Assembly (NCBI GenBank): GCA_947453935.1
Contig: CANGJU010000004.1
Location: forward strand, 1-57,367
Source of the DNA: Bacteroidota bacterium
GTDB lineage: Bacteria; Bacteroidota; Bacteroidia; AKYH767-A; OLB10
Length of the DNA: 57,367 bases
Reading direction: 5' to 3'
In this document: positions 50,243-57,367 of the stretch, one piece after another
Position numbering within the stretch: position 1 is the first letter of the stretch
Layout of the letters: each line of letters opens with the position of its first letter
Notes under the pieces: model-generated
Seen by the model: the letters and a program-made list of their open reading frames with translations, nothing else
Told to the model about the DNA's origin: nothing
Databases searched by the model: none
Made by a program: the position numbers and the translations under genes

Positions 50243-50258
50243 TCCCGATTCTTCGGGA
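50243..50258. repeat. REP-like palindrome TCCCGA-ttct-TCGGGA
   Basis: Same arms as the palindromes in the tRNA-Leu array; further flanked by CGCG/CGCG. Confidence 0.7.
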
Positions 50259-50318
50259 CGCGAGCACATTTTCAAATTGTCTCTCTTTTTCCTATTTTTA
50301 AAAACTCAAACGACAGTT

Positions 50319-51941
50319 ATGAAAAAACATCCTTCCGGATTACCATTTCTATTCTTCTCTGAAATGTGGGAACGCTTCGGCTATTATTTAATGATTGGAA
50401 TCTTTACGCTCTACCTCAAAGATGTGAAAGATGGTTTTGCCATGACAGAAGCCGAAGCATCTGATTTATACGGGACCTTTATTGCGTTGGTATTTCTTAC
50501 TCCGTTTTTAGGCGGATTAATAGCAGATCGTTATTTAGGATATTCGCGAGCGGTAGTTATTGGTGGTATTATGATGGGACTTGGTTATTGTCTCATGGGT
50601 ATTCATCATATCACGGCCTTGTATGTTGGTATGACGCTCGTAATTGCTGGTAACGGATTTTTCAAACCGAATATTTCTACGTTGCTCGGTAATATTTATT
50701 CAACGGATGAATATCGAGAGAAAAAAGACGAAGGATATAACATCTTCTACATGGGAATTAATATCGGTGCGTTCATCTGTAACTTCTTTGGTGCTGCTTT
50801 GCAGATTATGCTCGGCTGGGGTTGGGCGTTTATGGCTGCTGGTATAGGTATGTTCATCGGACTCATCGTTTTTACCTCAGGAAAAAAACATTACGAAGGA
50901 TACGATCAGAAAAAAGGATTTCAAGATGGTGATATGCCAATGTCGAAAATTATTGCACTCATACTTTTACCTGCAGTTGTGTTTGGTGTGATAGGATGGA
51001 TGATTCCTGATAATATTTTTGGTAGCGATAGCACCGATGCATTTATTTTAAGTTGTTTGCCGGTTCTTTATTTCTATGCAAACTTGTATTTCACTGCGCC
51101 GAAAGAAGAGAAAGCTCCAATTGGTGCAATGCTTGCTATTTTTGCTGTAGTAATTTTATTCTGGGCAGTATTTAAACAAAACGGATCTGCTCTAAACACA
51201 TGGGCCGATCGTTATACGGATCGTTCGTTAACAGGAACGAGTGAAGTTGTTTTTAATTCATTGAAGCAATCGAAACAATTAACGTATGCAAAAGATTCTG
51301 TGCCTGTTTATGATGAGTACTTCCGATTACAAAAAGAAAATGGCGTTGTTAAGCAAGAATTAAATTACCCAATCTATTTCCGTAACGAAGCGAAAGCAGA
51401 ATTGCCTGCCGAAGGCGAAAAGGTGAGTGTTTGGGCAACTAATTTAAGTCAATCAATTAACCCAGGTTGGGTAATTATGCTCACGCCATTAGTCGTAGCA
51501 TTTTTTACCTGGCTTCGCGGAAGAAAGAAAGAACCTTCTACACCTGCTAAAATAGCCTACGGATTATTTATCTCTGCACTATCAGCCTTAGTGATGGTGG
51601 CTGCAGCAAAAGCGGGTAGCAACGGACAAGAAAAAGTAACGGTATGGTGGCTGATAGCCTGTTACGGTGTAATTACCATTGGTGAATTATTCTTGAGTCC
51701 TATGGGATTAAGTCTCGTTTCTAAATTAAGTCCACCACGAATTACGGCACTCATGATGGGAGGTTGGTTTTTAAGTACATCTATCGGAAATAAATTGAGT
51801 GGCGTACTCGCAAGCATGTGGGATAAATACGAGCAAAAAACAGATTTCTTTATACTGAATTGTGTTTTACTATTGATTGCAACTGCGATTGCCTTCTCAA
51901 TGTTAAAATGGTTAAATAGAATTTTTAAAGAACATACCTAG
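50319..51941 (+). CDS. POT/PTR-family proton-dependent oligopeptide MFS transporter
   Basis: HPSGL..LFFSEMWERFGYY (ExxERF), GNGFFKPNIS, FYMGINIG, GELFLSPMGLS; real start is ATG 50319 because the 50169 extension translates the non-coding repeat. Confidence 0.93.
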   Translation: MKKHPSGLPFLFFSEMWERFGYYLMIGIFTLYLKDVKDGFAMTEAEASDLYGTFIALVFLTPFLGGLIADRYLGYSRAVVIGGIMMGLGYCLMGIHHITALYVGMTLVIAGNGFFKPNISTLLGNIYSTDEYREKKDEGYNIFYMGINIGAFICNFFGAALQIMLGWGWAFMAAGIGMFIGLIVFTSGKKHYEGYDQKKGFQDGDMPMSKIIALILLPAVVFGVIGWMIPDNIFGSDSTDAFILSCLPVLYFYANLYFTAPKEEKAPIGAMLAIFAVVILFWAVFKQNGSALNTWADRYTDRSLTGTSEVVFNSLKQSKQLTYAKDSVPVYDEYFRLQKENGVVKQELNYPIYFRNEAKAELPAEGEKVSVWATNLSQSINPGWVIMLTPLVVAFFTWLRGRKKEPSTPAKIAYGLFISALSALVMVAAAKAGSNGQEKVTVWWLIACYGVITIGELFLSPMGLSLVSKLSPPRITALMMGGWFLSTSIGNKLSGVLASMWDKYEQKTDFFILNCVLLLIATAIAFSMLKWLNRIFKEHT

Positions 51942-51989
51942 TTGAAAATTTACTGTTCTACTTCTTTACTGCTTGATTTAATTTAGAAA

Positions 51990-52784
51990 ATGGATTTTGT
52001 AAATCTGTTCGCTGATTATTCTCCGATAACATTAGTATCGTTGGTGCTATTAGCATTCACAGCGGGATTCATTGATGCAATTGTTGGGGGAGGAGGTTTC
52101 ATTCAGCTGCCTGCATTACTCGTGAATTTTCCGAATACTGCATTGCCTACATTAATGGGTACCAATAAAATTTCAGGATTTTCTGGGACATTCGTTTCTG
52201 CTATTCAATATGGCAAGCGAATAAAATTTGATTACCGACTTTTACTTTATATTTCGATAGTCACATTAATCTTTTCTTACGCAGGCGCAAGTGTTGTCAG
52301 CTATCTAAACTCAGAGCAATTAAAACCAGTCATACTTTTAATTCTGATTGTGATGGCCATTTATACATTCATAAAAAAAGATTTAGGTCAGCTAAAAAGT
52401 AATGAGCTTTCAGAAAAACAAAAACTACTCTACGGATTATTACTAGGAGCTTTTGTTGGATTCTATGATGGATTTTTTGGTCCTGGTGCTGGAAGTTTTT
52501 TAGTGTTAGGCTTTGTTGTGATATTCGGATTCGAGTTTATCATGGCATCGGCCTATTCTAAATTCATTAATTGTGTTTCTAACTTCGGAGCCTTATATGT
52601 TTTTATTTCACAAGGAAATTATCTGATAGAAATTGCAATATTAATGGCAGCATGTAATGTTACTGGGAGTTTAATCGGCACTAAGCTCGCTTTTGCAAGA
52701 GGCAACGGATTTATTCGAATACTTTTTCTCGCAATTGTTTCTTTTTTGATACTTCGCTTTGCGTATGATATCTTTTTGAAATAA
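51990..52784 (+). CDS. TSUP (TauE/SafE) family membrane transporter
   Basis: AGFIDAIVGGGG..QLPAL, GTNK, GFYDGFFGPGAGSF motifs. Confidence 0.9.
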   Translation: MDFVNLFADYSPITLVSLVLLAFTAGFIDAIVGGGGFIQLPALLVNFPNTALPTLMGTNKISGFSGTFVSAIQYGKRIKFDYRLLLYISIVTLIFSYAGASVVSYLNSEQLKPVILLILIVMAIYTFIKKDLGQLKSNELSEKQKLLYGLLLGAFVGFYDGFFGPGAGSFLVLGFVVIFGFEFIMASAYSKFINCVSNFGALYVFISQGNYLIEIAILMAACNVTGSLIGTKLAFARGNGFIRILFLAIVSFLILRFAYDIFLK

Positions 52785-52913
52785 AACGTTGGAGAAAATT
52801 ACATTAATTTCCATTGAAGTTTTTATTAAGCACTTTGAATTCATCATGCAACAATTCAAATGAAAAGGAGGAATATGCGTAACGGATTTTGTGTTTTATT
52901 TTCAAATCTTCAA

Positions 52914-52929
52914 TCCCGATTTATCGGGA
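52914..52929. repeat. REP-like palindrome TCCCGAT-tt-ATCGGGA between 11-bp direct repeats
   Basis: CAAATCTTCAA at 52903-52913 and 52932-52942 flank the palindrome. Confidence 0.75.
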
Positions 52930-52945
52930 GACAAATCTTCAAATC

Positions 52946-53372
52946 AACTTAAACGTTTGTAAATACTTAATAACCGAATAATTATTTTTTGAATTGTAAT
53001 TTTACTGCGGGGTGGGGCTGCTGTCCCCCCATGGTATAGAGAGCCATGAGGCTCCTGCTTTTTTCTGGACTTCGCCTCGCGATTAATCGTGACGAGTCGC
53101 AAGGCTTCACAATCAGGGGCCGTAGTATAGTGGATTAAAAGAAGCACTGAAAAAATAAATTAAATGGCCTCAGTTTATTCGGTTTTTGACGAAGGTAAAA
53201 TTGCGTTAAACAAATTTAGAAGTTCCGAGCCCGTGAGGAAATCACTGAATTTGTAGCAATTTTATCAAGGAAAAAATTTGCAAGTTTTGTATAAAGTGGG
53301 GTGTAGTAGCTTGCTCACTACACCCACTTTTTCTTTGGTTCTTTCATTTTGTATCAAGACAAAAGAAAGAAC
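52946..53372 (+). other. Non-coding dispersed repeat, copy B (long), multi-hairpin structured element; candidate ncRNA or non-autonomous mobile element
   Basis: First ~175 nt homologous to 50061..50203, followed by hairpins at 53194-53266, 53293-53330 and 53338-53372; identity and strand are inferred. Confidence 0.6.
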
Positions 53373-53535
53373 ATGTAGAATGATAAATTAAAAACTTCAA
53401 TTAATGGAGTTGCTATTTATTCCAATCATTAAAATCTCTATAAAATTGTTTGTTTAATAATTGCAAATTACTCGAGAAATAAAAAAGTGCAGAAAGCCTT
53501 CCTCTTAATAGATCAGAAAAAACTATTTGATTAAT

Positions 53536-53566
53536 AAAAAAGCCCCGAAGAAATCCTCGAGGCTTT
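53536..53566 (-). terminator. Intrinsic terminator downstream of citrate synthase
   Basis: Minus strand AAAGCCTCGA-ggatttct-TCGGGGCTTTTTT. Confidence 0.7.
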
Positions 53567-53624
53567 AATTATTAATTGTTTTATTTAAATCGGTTAAAGC
53601 ATTAGCAAATTAACCCATTAGCAA

Positions 53625-53640
53625 TCCCGAGTAATCGGGA
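53625..53640. repeat. REP-like palindrome TCCCGA-gtaa-TCGGGA just 3' of citrate synthase
   Basis: Same arms; embedded in AGCAAATTAA short direct repeats. Confidence 0.7.
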
Positions 53641-53651
53641 AGCAAATTAAA

Positions 53652-54956
53652 TTACCCTTTCTTAATCTGCGCCTTCATCCACTCCGTAGTCACAGAACCT
53701 GGTCTTTCAATCGGATGACCTAATGCACGATCCCATAATAACGATGTCAATACTCCAATTGCACGTGATACACCAAATAATACAGTATAGAAATCATATT
53801 CTACTAATCCGTAGTGAATCAATAAAACACCAGAGTGTGCATCAACGTTTGGCCAAGGATTTTTAATCTTGCCTGTCGATTTTAATATCTCCGGTACTAC
53901 TTCGTATAACATCTGCACGATTTTAAATAATTCGTCGTCTGCTAAATTCTTTTGAGCAAACTCCATCTGTGCAATGTATCTTGGATCGGTCTTTCTTAAT
54001 ACTGCATGTCCGTAACCTGGAACAACACGTCCTGCAGCTAATGTTTGTTTTACATAGTCCGCAATCTCTTCTTTGCTCGGCAAACGTCCTTCGTAATGTT
54101 CGCGTAAGTCGTAAATCCAACGCACTACTTCCTGGTTAGCTAATCCGTGTAAAGGACCCGCTAATCCATTCATACCTGCAGATAATGAGTAGTATGCATC
54201 ACTTAATGCAGATCCCACTAAATGTGTCGTATGTGCGGAAACGTTACCACCTTCATGATCAACGTGGATTGTCAGATATAAACGCATCAACGATTTCATA
54301 CCATCATCATCGAAACCTAACATGTGAGCGAAGTTTGCACCCCAGTCTAATTTCGGATTTGGTTCGATATGAACTCCGTCTTTGTATGTTCTACGATAGA
54401 TGTAAGCGGCAATTCTTGGTAAACGCGCGATGCAATTCATTACATCTTCAAACATCGGATCCCAATATTGCTTTTTGTTGATTCCTTTGCGGTACTCAGC
54501 AGCGAAATTACTTTCCGTTTGCATTGCTAAAATTGCAAGACTAAACTGAGTCATTGGATGTGTTCCCTTCGGAAGAGAATCTAACATATCAAACACATGC
54601 TTAGGTACATGACTTCTACGCGCCCATGCATTGCTTACTTCTCTTGCATCTTCTTCAGTAGGTAACTCGCCAGTTAATAACAAATAAAACATTCCTTCAG
54701 GCAAGTTCTCTCCACCAACTCCTTGCGGTAGCTTTTCGCGTAATTCAGGAATTGAATATCCTCTGAAACGAATACCTTCTTCAGCATCAAGCTTAGAAGT
54801 TTCTGTAACCATTCCAATCATTCCCTTCATTCCGTGATATACTTGCTCAAGTGTATAGCTTCCTAAAACAAGGTCACCATGTTCTTTAATCATGGCTTTC
54901 ACTTCATCTGCAAGTGGTAATGCTTTCTGTGCGAATTTTTCTTTTAACTTATCCAT
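53652..54956 (-). CDS. gltA: Citrate (Si)-synthase, eukaryote-like type
   Basis: ETSKLDAEEGIRFRG, HVDHEGGNVSAH, GLAGPLHGLANQEV, VVPGYGHAVLRKTDPRY, NPWPNVDAHSG. Confidence 0.95.
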   Translation of the reverse strand: MDKLKEKFAQKALPLADEVKAMIKEHGDLVLGSYTLEQVYHGMKGMIGMVTETSKLDAEEGIRFRGYSIPELREKLPQGVGGENLPEGMFYLLLTGELPTEEDAREVSNAWARRSHVPKHVFDMLDSLPKGTHPMTQFSLAILAMQTESNFAAEYRKGINKKQYWDPMFEDVMNCIARLPRIAAYIYRRTYKDGVHIEPNPKLDWGANFAHMLGFDDDGMKSLMRLYLTIHVDHEGGNVSAHTTHLVGSALSDAYYSLSAGMNGLAGPLHGLANQEVVRWIYDLREHYEGRLPSKEEIADYVKQTLAAGRVVPGYGHAVLRKTDPRYIAQMEFAQKNLADDELFKIVQMLYEVVPEILKSTGKIKNPWPNVDAHSGVLLIHYGLVEYDFYTVLFGVSRAIGVLTSLLWDRALGHPIERPGSVTTEWMKAQIKKG

Positions 54957-55018
54957 TGTATGTATTGCAAAAGGTATTATAAAATTTGTTTGGCGAATTT
55001 AATCATTTAGGTAACACT

Positions 55019-55426
55019 TCACAATAAGAAATGTTTATCATTTGTAAAAGTGTTGCTCGGATGTAAAACGTTATCCGTAGCAGTGTTCATTCCCACTGAA
55101 CGAATCTTCTTGTTCTTCGTGTTTAAGTCCAATTGAAGGATTAAAATAACTAACGTTGTAACAAAGGCAGCCACAACAATAATCCAGATGATGGTTTCAA
55201 AGGTTTTTTTAACGCGCTTCTTCGGACTAGCCTTGCGTTTAATTTTAACACGCTTGCGAATTTTGATTTTTTTACGTCTTCTTCTTCTCCTTCCAGAGCC
55301 TAAGTGTTCTTCTATTACTTCTCCTTCGAAATCGTTTTCGTCGTCGCCATACTGTTCGTTTTCATCTTCGATTTCATTGTCATTTTCATCTTCGTTTAAT
55401 TCTTCGTCTGATGGATTAGTATTCAT
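55019..55426 (-). CDS. Hypothetical single-pass membrane protein with acidic then basic blocks
   Basis: Starts 6 nt after the eno stop on the same strand; D/E-rich N-terminus, R/K-rich block, one TM helix. Confidence 0.7.
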   Translation of the reverse strand: MNTNPSDEELNEDENDNEIEDENEQYGDDENDFEGEVIEEHLGSGRRRRRRKKIKIRKRVKIKRKASPKKRVKKTFETIIWIIVVAAFVTTLVILILQLDLNTKNKKIRSVGMNTATDNVLHPSNTFTNDKHFLL

Positions 55427-55432
55427 ATTAGG

Positions 55433-56815
<1,383 letters not shown>

Positions 56816-56832
56816 TTAGGGAGGATACTTCC

Positions 56833-56840
56833 TAACTTTG
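56833..56840 (+). promoter_or_regulatory. -7 promoter element (TAACTTTG)
   Basis: TAnnTTTG match 4 nt before ATG 56845. Confidence 0.5.
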
Positions 56841-56844
56841 CAAC

Positions 56845-57237
56845 ATGTCAAAGACGCAACGATTCCGACGTTTGTTTTTGCTGTTGCTCATTGTTTGGGG
56901 AATAGCAGGAGGGTTAGTGTCCTTGCATACTTGCATGGACAATAGCGAAAGCAAGCAAGTTGTCAGCTCTTGTTGCTGTGATGAAGGACACCAGTCCATA
57001 AAGAACTTGAGTCAGGGTGATTGTTGTAAAACAGTTACAAGTTATGTAGGCATACCACTTTACTTTGTTGATACCAATGGTTCAATTTCATTTTTTGATA
57101 GCGCAACATTTATTTCTTCGGAACTCGTTAGTCCAATAGTTGAACATCTTTCATTAACTTTTATAGCGGTACATCCGCCTCCCGAAAATCTCTTTTTATC
57201 AGGGTTGGGTAAGTGCATATTGGCAATGAGAATTTAG
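56845..57237 (+). CDS. Small Cys-rich protein of the Bacteroidota HxC..CC..PP type
   Basis: N-terminal hydrophobic segment, LHTC, SCCC, DCC and HPPP motifs. Confidence 0.65.
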   Translation: MSKTQRFRRLFLLLLIVWGIAGGLVSLHTCMDNSESKQVVSSCCCDEGHQSIKNLSQGDCCKTVTSYVGIPLYFVDTNGSISFFDSATFISSELVSPIVEHLSLTFIAVHPPPENLFLSGLGKCILAMRI

Positions 57238-57279
57238 GATTCAGTCGCACGATTGTTTCTCTAAATCTTATTCCCAATT

Positions 57280-57367
57280 ATGAAAAAAATAATCTTCATT
57301 ATTATCTCCGGATGTTTGCCTTTGCTTTCCTTCGGACAAATAAAAACATGTGATGCGAGCCTGTTTA
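57280..57367 (+). CDS. 5' end of an exported protein (partial, runs off right edge)
   Basis: MKKIIFIIISGCLPLLSFGQIKTCDASLL: signal peptide, frame open to the window end. Confidence 0.6.
   Translation, partial: MKKIIFIIISGCLPLLSFGQIKTCDASLF

Noticed and set aside
50169-50318. 50-aa N-terminal extension of the POT transporter
   Set aside because: Non-ATG start inside the non-coding repeat; family similarity begins at MKKHPSGL (50319)
52944-53147. 67-aa minus-strand ORF
   Set aside because: It lies within the structured repeat, the homologous copy A has large indels, and it has no protein features
47618-53651. Integron cassette array
   Set aside because: No intI, no convincing RYYYAAC...GTTRRRY attC sites, and the intergenic gaps are long

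Overview
AT-rich chromosomal window from a Bacteroidota bacterium, judged from T9SS cargo proteins, a PorV-family gene and TAnnTTTG promoter elements. The housekeeping backbone is: 3' end of ahcY, smc, greA, HIT, ruvC, a TrmH-family methylase, mutS, tRNA-Gly(GCC), tRNA-Leu(TAA), futalosine-pathway genes (UbiD-family decarboxylase, mqnD), rfaD/hldD, GtrA, MerR, M23 peptidase, alaS, eukaryote-type citrate synthase and eno. Five things stand out. (1) A TonB-dependent receptor + large T9SS cargo + PorV-like three-gene operon with no SusD. (2) A tandem array of tRNA-Leu 3' ends plus terminator, repeatedly interrupted by a small TCCCGA(T)-Nn-(A)TCGGGA palindrome that also occurs at other intergenic sites. 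(3) A 5352-aa SprB-like adhesin with about 50 repeats, an exact 2505-nt super-period and a roughly 3570-aa stretch with no Lys/Arg. (4) An accessory region between alaS and citrate synthase whose genes are bordered by copies of an unannotated non-coding element, the longest about 430 nt with several hairpins. (5) An in-frame G12 tract in a T9SS cargo gene in that region. The supplied ORF track gives the wrong strand for 40167..41300, which is a minus-strand gene. No CRISPR array, integrase, transposase or reverse transcriptase was seen. All calls come from reading the sequence by eye; no searches were run.
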